The notes below the pieces were generated by a model. That model was not told where the DNA came from, did not search any database, and saw only the letters and a program-made list of their open reading frames with translations. Shown piece by piece: positions 14,025-27,352 of a stretch of DNA of 64,000 nt. A program made the translations under genes and the position numbers. This DNA comes from Psilocybe cubensis (Eukaryota): assembly GCA_017499595.2 (NCBI GenBank), contig CM039006.1, positions 930,001-994,000 of the forward strand. Direction: 5' to 3'. Every line of letters begins with the position of its first letter. Position 1 is the first letter of the stretch.

Positions 14025-14667
14025 GGTAGGATACGGACAATGGCTTGTGTTGAGACCTTATTATACGAAGGGCGTGGGGACTCCTATGAGTCATTTACCT
14101 GTTCACGGTGACTATCTTACTGCATCTAATGACAAATTTTTATTCTTAGCTATCTCACAATAACTGGAAAAGAAAAAGAAACAACCTTACCTTCAGTATA
14201 TCGGCACGAATAACGTCTTGAGAAAATTCTTCAACCGTTTGGAAAGAGCTTTTGGATGGTGTAAGAGATGGTAGCATTGTAAACTTTCTCTTGAGTCGTG
14301 AAAGTAACGATGCGACTAAGACTTCACATGTCCGCCGCATGTCTGTGGGGGAAGTCTGAGCAAGGTCTGCGGCAAAGCCTGAGGCTGGCTGCCAATAAAC
14401 AGCATTAAGGAGGCTACAGTAAGTCTGCGGAAAGCTGTATAGACGCTGGTAATGATTCTTCAGCCAGCTGACCATGCTACTGAACAAGCGCTGGATGGCA
14501 GGGACTGCGCAACATGTTGACGCTGGCGGCAAACCGCGGTGTGTTTGGTTAAGATGCCAAAAGCAAACATAAGACAGGAGAAACGTGACCAAATGAACGC
14601 GTAACTCTCTCTCTTCGTCCCAGACGCTCACTTCAACTCAATCGACACCTCCAATCTATTCAATCCC

Positions 14668-16162
<1,495 letters not shown>

Positions 16163-16888
16163 ATACATTTGTTTCTTTCTATCGCTTGTATTGTAATTTA
16201 TATATTCCTTTTTGTCATTTGATGGCGTTAAACTTGCAGTCGCTGATGAAAGTATCTCCGTTAACCTGCCCTAAACTTAATTTGATTCGTCAGCGTTTTT
16301 GGTTTGTCTCTTAAAACACTCTTTTCCTTACCACTGCCAACTTGTCCTTAAATGGTCAGCAAATCTTGACAATGGCCACCTCCTTTATTTAAGATACTAT
16401 CTCATATTCTGCAAATAATGGGCGCTCACAATCGATTGGGAAAATAACTCGGAATGGTTCATTGAACAATATTCCGAACCCTTTTCTCCAATTTTGACTT
16501 GACAAGCTTCTTTGTATATTTCTGTGTACTACTCGGATGGCTAGTGCAGAATAGCGCCCAGCCTGCAGTCGATCGCTTCCCTGAACTTACGATATTTTGT
16601 CTAAAATCGGGCAACAAGAAAAAAAAAGCGACTGACTGCAAATCAATGAACTATGTGCTTTCCCTTAATAATGTTGAAACTTTCTCTATCCCACTACTGT
16701 ATCGTTTACTCAGCTTTGTCACCTATACAAAAACCTGTGTATCCTCGCTGGTTTGGTTGAAAGGCGTGACCAGCCTCGTGCGGCGGAACAGAAGCAAACG
16801 GTCATCAAAGGCTAAATCGACCTTATATAAAGGGCGTAGTTACGTGAGTTCTCTTTCCTGCTTTTTTCTCGATTACGGCTTTGTCGAC

Positions 16889-19800
16889 ATGGCTGGAAAT
16901 TGCCCCAACGTTCTGGCTCAGGGAACCTGCTCTGACTCTAATTGCAAGTTCAGTCATACCATCACCACCTGCGAAACTTGTAATCTCGTCTTTGAGGACA
17001 GCGACGCCTACGAAATCCATCTCTCCGACAAAAAACATCAAAGCAGGGTATCGGGCTCTTCTGTTGTGTCTCACTGCATTATATGTGTTGCAAACATCAC
17101 AGGTGGTGAAAAGGGGTGGCAAGTTCACATTACAGGAAAACGTCACGCAACTCAAGCCATCACAAAGGGACTTTCCCCCTCTATCGAACCACAGGCGGCC
17201 ATTACAACTGCAAAGAACACGTTCTGCGACTTGTGCCAAGCCATGGTCTACAACGCTCACTGGAACGCGCATATAAGGAAAGAACAACATACATCACGGG
17301 AGTCCTTTATGAGGTATAGAAGTGCCCTCGAAGATGCGGAAGCCGATAAGAATGATGTGATAGTCGAAGGTAGCTTTGACTTTGACTTCGTGGACCCCAC
17401 TGCAGCTGCTGCTGGGGTTCATCTGTACGCGAACGTCAAAACGACCGTAATACATGGCAGATGCGAATTGTACGAACTGAGGCTTGCATCCACTCAAGGA
17501 ACACGGACCATCATTCCTTCGTGAGCCCCATTTTTTCTCACTGGGGTATCCTTGACTAATATCCTCAAGTTTCTCTGCAGAGATTCGAGGCACCTCACGA
17601 AGTGTTACAACGCAGACCGCCTTGACTGTTGTAGTCACCCTTCGCCAAGGTTATATTGGACGGTACGAGGACCGCTTGGAGTTTGTGTTCCGGGATACGA
17701 GGCTCAGAAAATATTTCATCATTTCGCGAACCCTGAAAGCAATAGTTGGGTACAAAGAAGATCACGAAACATTGCGACCATCAGCACCATATATCCCGCG
17801 CACGCGGTCGGCCTACAAGCCCATCTCAAATGTCGTCGAGGGTGTGAAGCCTCCAGCACTTAGTGCTGTCAAATATGTTGTGCGCCTCCCCCGAGCAGAA
17901 ATACCTCACCAATTGCAAATTATGCTATCCGGCTCCGAATCGACTCACCGGCTGATGAACAACATCAAAAAAATTTTCATGCCGTCTTCCTTGAATAGTG
18001 ACACGTACGGCAGACACTTCAAGAACCTATTGTGGGTTGAGGAGTATAAAATGGAGTAAGTTCATGTGTATTCCACTCTGACTATAACTCACGATGTCCC
18101 AGGCAGGACTTAGAGAGATATGACATTCCAAACGCGTCGTTGGCTAAGTATAATACCTACTATTAGTTCGTGAACAATCTATGGGTTGCGCTTAGCTTTA
18201 CTGATATTGGATATGGCAGCTTGCGAGTTCCCGGATTGGCAGAAAAGCGCCCCAGTGTTTTAGTCGGTATGTGCATATAGTGCCATAACCAGGCAAATTT
18301 TCCATTGACAATTTACATCCTTCCTTTGAACAGGCGACCTGATTTTAGTTCAGGAACGAGGCTCAAGAGACGGTCGTTGGTTTGAAGGCCATGTACACAT
18401 CGTTCGTCAAGAAGAAGTGGGATTGCGATTCCACGGTTCTTTCACACAGTATCCTGAAGGGAAATTATTCCATGTCAGGTTTAAATTAAATCGCATTCCT
18501 ACTCGTCGACAACACCAGGCAATGGACAGTGTTTTTACAGAAGACCGTGTTCTATTCCCTCGAGTTACTCACATCACCCCTGGCCCTGCTCGCCGGCCCG
18601 CAAGTCTGGGCATGAAATTGTTCAATCCTTTGATCAACACTAATCCGCCTCAGCTTCAAGCTGTCGCTTCAATTGTTTCTATGCGTCGTGGTTCTCCTCC
18701 ATTTGTTGTATTCGGCCCGTGAGTTTTCTCAAACATTCATCGTTATAATTTATTCCTCTTATCTGATTATTTTTCAGACCTGGGACCGGCAAGACAATTA
18801 CCATCATCGAGGCTATTATGCAGCTTTTGGAGGCTGACCCTGAGGCAAAAATCCTTGCCTGTGCCCCCAGTAATTCTGCGGCAGACCTTATTGCGTCTCG
18901 TCTTCAGGAACGTAGGCTAAAGGACACCCAACTTTTCCGATTCTATGCTGCTTCACGCTTCAAAAACCAAGTACCTGATGCATTGCTTCCCTATACGGCT
19001 ATGTCAAATGGTCATTTCACCGTACCGTCCATGCAGAGAATGCGCAGCTTTCGTGTTGTGGTGTCAACTTGCGTTTCTGCTTCGTTTTCCGCCGGCATTG
19101 GCATGGCTCGTGGCCATTTCACGCATATATTCATCGACGAAGCTGGTCAGGCAATGGAACCTGAGGCATTTGTCTCCATCAAGACAATGGCTGATAGTAA
19201 TACCAACATAGTTCTTTCAGGCGATCCAAAACAACTCGGTCCCATAGTGCGTTCCTCTATTGCCAGAGCACTTGGATTGGAGAAAAGCTATCTAGAGCGA
19301 TTGATGGATAGTGAGCCTTACGACTTAAAAAACTCGTACGGAAAAAGGCATGTAGTCGTTTGGTCACAAATTATATACTGCATTACTTATCGTTTGTCAA
19401 AGTGTTGTCAAGCTCGTCAAGAATTTCAGATCGCATGACGCAATATTGAAGTTCCCCAATCAAACCTTCTATGAAAATGAATTGCAGGCATGTGCCGAAG
19501 CGTCGGTCATTAACACCTACACGGATTCGCAATATCTTCCTTCCAAGAAATTTCCGGTTGTTTTCCACTCGGTGGCCGGAAAGGATGACAGGGAGTCATC
19601 TTCCCCGTCATTTTTCAACATTGACGAAATTACCCAAGTTAAAAGCTACGTGCAAAAGCTCAAGTCTGACCGAGCGTTCCGCACCGGTATGCATTTTTAT
19701 CTTCTATTTATTTCAAGATCTGACGCTCTATATTGTGCAGCTGATAAAGACATTGGTATCATTGCTCCTTATCACGCACAATGCGTGAAATTAAGGGCAG

Positions 19801-20387
19801 CTTTGCGAAGTGTCGCAGATGATATCAAGATAGGGTCGGTTGAAGAGTTCCAAGGACAGGTATATCAACTATTAATCTCAACTCCGATAAACTTATTCAA
19901 GGGCTATATACATCAGGAACGCAAGGTTGTCATAATTTCGACCGTTAGAAGCAGCAAAGAGTTCGTGGAATACGATTTAAAGCACACTCTCGGGTTTGTG
20001 GCCAATCCCCGACGATTCAATGGTTGGTTTGCCTTCGTCTGCTGTCAACATCTGACAATCATTTTGCTAATGGCATCATTACTAGTCGCGATAACAAGGG
20101 CACAAGCTCTACTTATCATTATCGGTGATCCACAGGTCCTATCTCTCGACCCACTCTGGAGGTCATTCCTAAACTACATATATTTGAACGGCGGATGGAT
20201 TGGTCCAGACATTCCATGGGACCCTAACACCGCCGTCGATGAGGCTGGTGGATACGACAAAGCTATTCGCCAGAATGCGAGTATAGATATGGATGCATTT
20301 GCAAGGCGTATTGAAGGCCTAGCGTTGGCTGAAGTTGATGAGGATTTAGATGCAAATGTGGATAGACCGTGGCGCGACGTTGAGTAG
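16889..20387 (+). CDS. MOV10/SDE3/Armitage-like UPF1-family (SF1) RNA helicase with N-terminal CCCH and three C2H2 (U1/matrin-like) zinc fingers, multi-exon
   Basis: VPGLAEKRPSVLVGD (MOV10 hallmark), [47 protein letters not shown] and NPRRFNVAITRA. The N-terminus has three CxxC...HxxxxxH motifs. Confidence 0.88.
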
Positions 20388-20675
20388 ACGCGTCATCCTC
20401 TTTGTTGTGCTTCTTGTTGGACTACTTTTTCTTGCTTCCTGTCCAGTGTAGTATATTACACCCAATGTTTCATTGTTTTTTTGTTTTCGTACATTATTCA
20501 AAATCTTAATATTGGTTGTCATCAATCCATCTGGCTCAAAGCTAATGGCAAAAACCGTCAAACGGCCCGTAGAATATGGCCGATCTGCGTGATTGGGGTT
20601 GAAATGCAAAAATATATTCTTAAAGTGAGTCGTGCAATAAATATTAAATACTTATCAACCATTCAGATGATCGCC

Positions 20676-22316
20676 CTAAACTCCTTCCATTATGCCTGAA
20701 ACTAAGGGATCATCAACTTTGACCTGTAGGTGCTCTGGATGCCCGCTTCCGCATTCATAGTTAATGATGCGTTGATCCCATCTCCAAACAACCTTCAAAC
20801 CCACCAAATGTTCCAGCGAAGGATCCAGACTACGCGCCGGGGGAGGAATGGATTTGCCCGGTCGAGAAGTAGTGAGATCCAGTGTCAAAATTTGGATGGG
20901 AATGCCTAGCCTTTTGCGTAAGTCAACGAATTGTTCAATAGAACCTGAAGCAGGACCGTGTTCGTATTTGAATCCTTGATCAAAAACTTTAGAGAAGTCG
21001 AATCCTGTCATGACGAGACATTTCAACAATGGGAATAGAAATTTCGTGTCTGTATTGGTCATGACATATTGCATCAGAATATTGATATCTCTTTCGTGAA
21101 TCTGCAGAGTATCGACTGCTGAAAAGTGCTCCAGAAATTGCTGGAATGAATGGTGACATGACCGAGATCGATTCTTGAGTTCGCCACACTGTATTCTCAG
21201 AGTGGTGATTGTAGAGAAACGTGGGGAAGCCAATATATCCATGGTTCTTTCAAGCCTATTGCCGTACGACGTGGATAGCCGTGATACACTGATCTCTAGA
21301 TATCCATCCTCTTGAGAGTTGGGCAATAGATAAGGCTGGTCGCCAATTGTGAATCTGTCAGGATCAAGACGCAAACGAGTAAATTTTGGCTGTACTTTCG
21401 AAAGGTAATCGTGGAGTGACGAGGCAATACAGTTTCCGTACGATTCTTGGTCAATGGTCTCGCTCCCTGACAAAATTAAGGTAGTAGGGGATGCATCGAG
21501 GTTTCGGAGATAAATCAGGCAGTGTCGTAGGACTAGTGTATGTAGAAGAGGAAGATGTATTGGTGGTGAGCTATAGACCTGCATATTTTCATTCCCTTGG
21601 AGTGTAAGAGACTCCAAGTATGGCATGCGGGCCAAAACTTTGCAGACTTCTTGATTGCTGAATTTCCCAGACAGATTTAGCGTACGCAAGTTAGACATCC
21701 ATCGAATGTCTAATTTGCAGTGCGTCCTAGCGCGAAAATTGTGCAATCGAGGGGCATGATTTAGAAATAGTTCGCCATGATATTCAGCCCCATCCATGCA
21801 TAGATGTGGTAGTGTAAAGACTTGTAGATTAGGTGCCCTTCGTTGTACCAATGCCTGAATATCAATGTTGATCTTTCCATTGATAACAAAAGGGGAGAGC
21901 ATTTCAATTCTTTCCCAGTTCTCCGCAATGAGTTTTTGAAAAAACAAGAGTGTTGATGTGTTTGTCTTCATTGTGTGCCTAAAGGAACATCCTCGCCGGG
22001 TGTTCAGTGGTACGTTGGGGGGTGTGACCCAAAGGACAGATAGACCACTTCTCCTAAGTGTCTCGCTTCGCCATGCATCAGACGTTTGGTTAAGAGCGCG
22101 CCAGTCCATGAGTCGTCCCCATATCGATGGCGCATTGAGTAGTATTGATCTCCACCGCCGGCATACTTGTGAGCTCTTGCGAGCGGTGACCAGGGGGAAA
22201 GGAGCAGTACTACCTTCTGTGTTAATCAGGAAGATGAACCAAAGGATTTCGTCTGTTAATTTGCTTATGGGGGGTTGGAATGAGGTTGTTTGAGTTGGAG
22301 ATGATCGAAGTTCCAT
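20676..22316 (-). CDS. F-box protein with LRR-like repeats (single exon, 546 aa)
   Basis: PISKLTDEILWFIF...SQVCRRWRSILLNAPSIW is the agaricomycete F-box pattern; it is followed by repeated LxxL segments (PNLQVFTL, PYLESLTL, FPLLKCL). Confidence 0.8.
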   Translation of the reverse strand: MELRSSPTQTTSFQPPISKLTDEILWFIFLINTEGSTAPFPLVTARKSSQVCRRWRSILLNAPSIWGRLMDWRALNQTSDAWRSETLRRSGLSVLWVTPPNVPLNTRRGCSFRHTMKTNTSTLLFFQKLIAENWERIEMLSPFVINGKINIDIQALVQRRAPNLQVFTLPHLCMDGAEYHGELFLNHAPRLHNFRARTHCKLDIRWMSNLRTLNLSGKFSNQEVCKVLARMPYLESLTLQGNENMQVYSSPPIHLPLLHTLVLRHCLIYLRNLDASPTTLILSGSETIDQESYGNCIASSLHDYLSKVQPKFTRLRLDPDRFTIGDQPYLLPNSQEDGYLEISVSRLSTSYGNRLERTMDILASPRFSTITTLRIQCGELKNRSRSCHHSFQQFLEHFSAVDTLQIHERDINILMQYVMTNTDTKFLFPLLKCLVMTGFDFSKVFDQGFKYEHGPASGSIEQFVDLRKRLGIPIQILTLDLTTSRPGKSIPPPARSLDPSLEHLVGLKVVWRWDQRIINYECGSGHPEHLQVKVDDPLVSGIMEGV

Positions 22317-22699
22317 GAGTACTGGTTCTCAAAGGAGGCAGAGTACAAGATTCAACGAGTGACTCATTCGAGTGTGGGAGCGAAAACTCGAGTCTCCATA
22401 ACGAACCGGTCAAATGCGGTTCTCACGAGGTCATCAGCTGAAAAACGAGCAAGCTTAAAAAAGTGCAAAGAATAACGAACGACAATGTGGTGTCACTTAT
22501 TTAAAGCAGTCGACAAAAGTTCACCAAAAACGCGTCTCTCTTGAAGCTTTGATGCTGAATTTTCCGAATGCCCGGTTGCGCCCAACTTCATATTCCGCGA
22601 TAGGAGGTTCATCCTCAAAAGCAAGCTTCAATCCTTCTGGTTTTTATACAGCAGGCGTAAGAGTGCGGATTCAAGGGCGATAGGCATCTCAAATCCTAT

Positions 22700-23705
22700 T
22701 CAAATTGACGACAACAGTGAAAACCCCAAGGAAAATTATACTGACATTTTGACACCAAAAAGTTTTTGATCCTATGAAACATAGATGTTGCGGATCGTAC
22801 TTTGACCGAGTTGAGCAAGAGGAGAACGGACGGCTGTGCCAAGTTATGACTAGCAAATGCAAATAAATTAGGAGCCAGCGAGGTACCTACCTCCGAGAAC
22901 ATGGCAGTGAATCCTGCGAATAGTGATTATTGAGAGCTTTTCAGTGCTAATGTCTTTAGAAATATAAAACATTCCTGTTCATTGGTACATACGATATCGA
23001 CATCAAAACTCCTTCCAAAATATGGCGATCGCGAGACCTGTCGCTGGTTTAAATAACTCTGTCGTAAGAGAGTGTATCATTAGACGAAGGCAGTGCGACA
23101 GAAAGATGGTTGGGAAGCAATGGGACAACTCACACTGTATAAGACTCTTGATCATCTTTTGGGTTTTCTGTTAAAAATGAGCATTGAGCAGGTCCAATGG
23201 TGTGTCTTGGATACATCACTCTGGAAATGAATTACACGAGACGGCAAATTTTGCTTGATTATGCGATTTTTTCAGTTCTAAAGACTCCGAGTAAATGAAT
23301 CACCGTATCATGGCGTATAAAAGTGACTGTGTCCATTGGTTTCCTCTATCTAGGACTCAGTGGGTTGACCAACATGGTTCCCAAATTTGAGACGTCATGA
23401 CGCCCTGCGAATGATGTACCAGTGAGTATCACAGTATCCAAAGAGTTGACTGTGAAGATAATCCGTTGAATGTATTCGGTTGGTAGTGTCCCCAGAATTG
23501 TTGCCAACCTGGAGACCTTTTCTGCAGCGATTGTAATGGAATCTTTTGATCTCCAGGATATGAGACCTTGAGGACTTAGAGAAAGAGCGATAGGAATGCG
23601 TATAACCTGACTACCACAGATGCATGGTTAAGCAGAGACTTCAGGGGCCTTGTTCGAGACCGTTGAGTACATCGAGGTTGAACGTTGAACGTTGATGCTC
23701 ATCGT
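22700..23705 (-). pseudogene. Possible degenerate F-box-like gene remnant
   Basis: A short - strand reading ILGTLPTEYIQRIIF (~23455-23500) resembles an F-box start and lies next to an intact F-box gene. There is no long ORF and the boundaries are approximate. Confidence 0.22.
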
Positions 23706-26700
23706 GATAAATTTGGTTCTTGTTTGGTTCATTCCCGTTTATCAACGCCCTCTGTACTTTACAACCACACGTGACCATGGCGGTCTTGGGTCATGTCGGC
23801 GAAAGCTGGACAGAAGAATACGTCAAATGGTGGGGCAGAGGAGAGTTTTATAGGTCGAATTTTGGTGTCTTATATTCATGAACTCTTACTTACGGACCGT
23901 CTATTGTCAAGTGTCAAATGCTCCCCTCACCCGCCAATTAAATATCTGTAAATCTATTTTTAGCCCTCGTATGTAATTTCCCGTCGCACTTCAGTTAGTC
24001 TACAATTTGAATGAAATACTCAATTGCTCATTGATGTGGGGAGTAAATATTATCTTGATCCTCTCTAGTGAACTAACCTCAGTTATCGCATTCATTAATG
24101 TCATGATTCATACAGACGAAATGGTTCACGATTGGAGGTTATCTAAAAGAAACCTGCCCGATATAATAAGATCGAGCAGCAGATGGTCATGGCATGTTCT
24201 AACCGCGGACTGGTGTGAGTGCTGAAGCGGTCTTCCGCCATCTTACAAAACGAGCAGGTCGACTTTGATATCCATCGATAAACCAACGTATAGATTTATA
24301 TATAGCTACGCCAGAACTTCAAGAATTTTTCCTTGTCAGTCAAGTCACGCCAGACGTGGAGCCCTTTCATCGCAGTTTTCGCAGGTCCGGTAATGTACCG
24401 TGGTGCACTAGTGCTGTAGGTATAATTAGCATAAGACTATTAGATGGGCCGGGAAGGTCTCTATAGCGGTGATTAAGTTTTTGTATGCCCGGATTAAATT
24501 GGCGTAAATTTAGGTGCGAAGTTCATTTAGGTGCGCAAACTCTTCATAACCGTGCCTAGAAACCATAAACGACGAGGTAATAAAGAAAGAATATTTAGGA
24601 CGGGCGTTTATACACCGCCAATATGCCGCTGACAAATCTCTAACTGACGAATGTGTTTCCAACTGTCCTGTCAGTCTGATGGCGAAAAGAGGCTTGTGTC
24701 AAGCTGGTGAATTATATTTGGACACATACGACCTCATAAGTGCAGGAAATATAGATTTCTTGACCACGGCTGTCACTAGCGTCCTCTTTTGATACTATGG
24801 GACTCGGGAAAAAACGACTAATTAATCGATGAGAGGAGAATGATTGGGATTTTTTGTTCACGTTGGAGCCGGGGTCAGTCACCTGGTTGTGGTTTCATGG
24901 GGCACTCGTATGTACGTATGAAGGATTGAGCTAGCTGTTTGTAGCATGCGATAGCGCTAGGCTCGCAATCTTTCCTCCGACTGCTTTCGGAGTTCGTTTA
25001 CTTTTTCGATGTTTATTTGTGTCCATCCTCGTCGTTTAGAATGTCCACATTGCCTATTTCCCTGTCTTCTCGGCATATATGCTTTCCATTTAACCACAAC
25101 ATATCTATGATTCGTGTCATGGAAGGAACGCCGATCCACCCAAGTCATTTAATTTCGTCGTCCAAATAACTCTGCGTCGAGTATTTTTGAGAACTTGGAT
25201 GGTCAACTGAGATAATGGCGTGGCATTTCCGTCAATCTAGCTGATGGGCAGATCTTATATGCCACTGTATGTGGAGTACTTTGTTATGTCCCAAGCCTTT
25301 TTGTGCTTGCTCCCGATTCTCCTCTTGGGTTCTTCCTGATGTCTATTACAGCAAGGACTTGGTTATATAATTATAATTAGCACACGCAGCTGGGAGCTTC
25401 GATATCACGTCCAACGCGGAGTCCAATGATATATTGTCCCCTCCGATGTCCATTTGAGTGCAAAAAAAAGAAGAAAATACGTTGTCATATAGCGCAATTA
25501 TCGGGCACCGTGCTGAGCGTGTGTGTCGGCCCAGTACTTCTCTCAGGTCATTTGAGTCCACTGGCAGATAAAAGATGCATCGTGGTTGATTTTATGGAGC
25601 CCACTGCCAAACGGACGACAGGCCAGGACCCGTTTAGTTAATTAAAAAATTTACCACTCACATCGCTTAGAAAGAACTAAATGAAAAAAATGTGAAGAAT
25701 GTGAAGGTGTGTTCAAGTGATGACACTGTGCAGCGTGTTGCTGGCGGTGTGACTTCTCGATAGGCAGGCAAGAGACTCTGGATCCCCTGGCAGTTTGTGC
25801 CTTGTACCTGGGTGTGCTTATATGAGTCCTGGAATAATATCTTGAGAGAGCGTTGTGTACCGGTTGCCTACGTGCGCACGCACGCACGCACACACGAACC
25901 CTTCGTAACCGTCCGAAAATAAAACGGGGTGCCTGGGTTTTTGTGCTTGGTACTGTACAGCCTCGACGAAGGCGAACTCCCAGTCGGCCAGATGCAAAGC
26001 TTCTGTTCGCCGGTATTTTTGCCCAATATCAGGCCGACTTGATACTAAGAGTGCGTGTTATCAGTAATGTCGTCAAGGGTGTATATGTAAAGACCCATAA
26101 AAATGAAATGAAAGAGCTCGGCCCTAAGGTATATAAGCCTGTTGTGGGGTTCTTGATCTCACGACACAACGAGTGAATGAATTGGATTCGGCATGGTTCG
26201 TCTCGATTGTTGAGAATCGCAGTTATATGGCTGTGCGAGCGCAGTATTATTCCCTGATGATAATGATAACATGATACTGTCTACTACACTCACCAGTTGC
26301 GTGGAACAACGAACAGATGAATAGGTTGCTGGATGACTGACCAACTATTAATTTCGTCATTGATAAAAGAATCGCCGATGGGTCCGGCGGCGCATATAGC
26401 CAGTGGGTTTGTGGCTGTGATTTAATGGTGCCTTGGACATGAGTTTGAACCTCGAGGCTTAATTTGCTACTCAGTTGAGTGTCGAGCACCGGGGATTCAT
26501 TACTATATCGCGGAGGTCGAATGGAAGATAGGTCGGTTACAACGCAACGTTATTCAGCCAAATGAAGTTATACCGTTTTAGGGAAACGGAATGTAACCCA
26601 ATCCTTTACTTGGAGTGTGCCATTTTGTTACCACGAAGCGGGAGAGACGACGAGATTCGCGACTATGACTCCTAAGTTTTCGTCAAAAATGGAAACTAGT

Positions 26701-27352
26701 AGTCGTACTTTGATCCCATATGCGGCCTGAATCCGTGCGCCACATTCGCTTGGTCCTTCCCGGTCGATTAAAATGAAAAGCTTCGAATGAATAAGCGCCT
26801 GCATCTATTGCAGTATCTAGAGACGGTCTTTGGAATATTTGAAAGCGTAAATGATCGCGTTACTGTACGCCAAACGCCAAATCTTGTAAAAAGGGTAGCG
26901 GCAGGGTAAATACCGGATTACAAGGTTCATTAAAGCTGTAACCACACAAACGGCGTAGATATATGCTGTAAGGTGTTTGTGTGTCTTGCAAGAAGCGCCG
27001 TAGGCTAGTATCAAGGGTGTAAAGCAGTCGTTCGAAGGAATATGGATTCTGGTGAGAAATGATCGCCAGGCACGATGGGGACCGTTGGTTGTACGTGTGT
27101 AGACAGATATGCATGTTGTGTGTGTCGTCAGGCAAGCGTTGGTGGTCGCACCCCTCTTGCGCCCGAATGACAAGGGTGGGGAGAGATGCTGCGAACCGAG
27201 CCAGGCTGGTTTGTGATTGTGCCTCGGTGTCAGTTGGTCAGGCACAGCGAGCCAGAGCGAGCCGGGTCAATGGCAAGTGATATACAACGGGTAGAAGGCT
27301 AATCGTCGCTGTGCCTGAGAATTGCTCCCTCTTCCCTCTCTCAACTCCCTCA

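Noticed and set aside
16889..20387. Functional linkage between the MOV10-like silencing helicase and the TE island
   Set aside because: It lies ~15 kb away among housekeeping genes and outside any TIR, so proximity alone is not evidence.
23750..27300. Short ORFs in the long region upstream of the G-alpha gene
   Set aside because: No recognisable domains or consistent exon chain; most likely intergenic or regulatory sequence.
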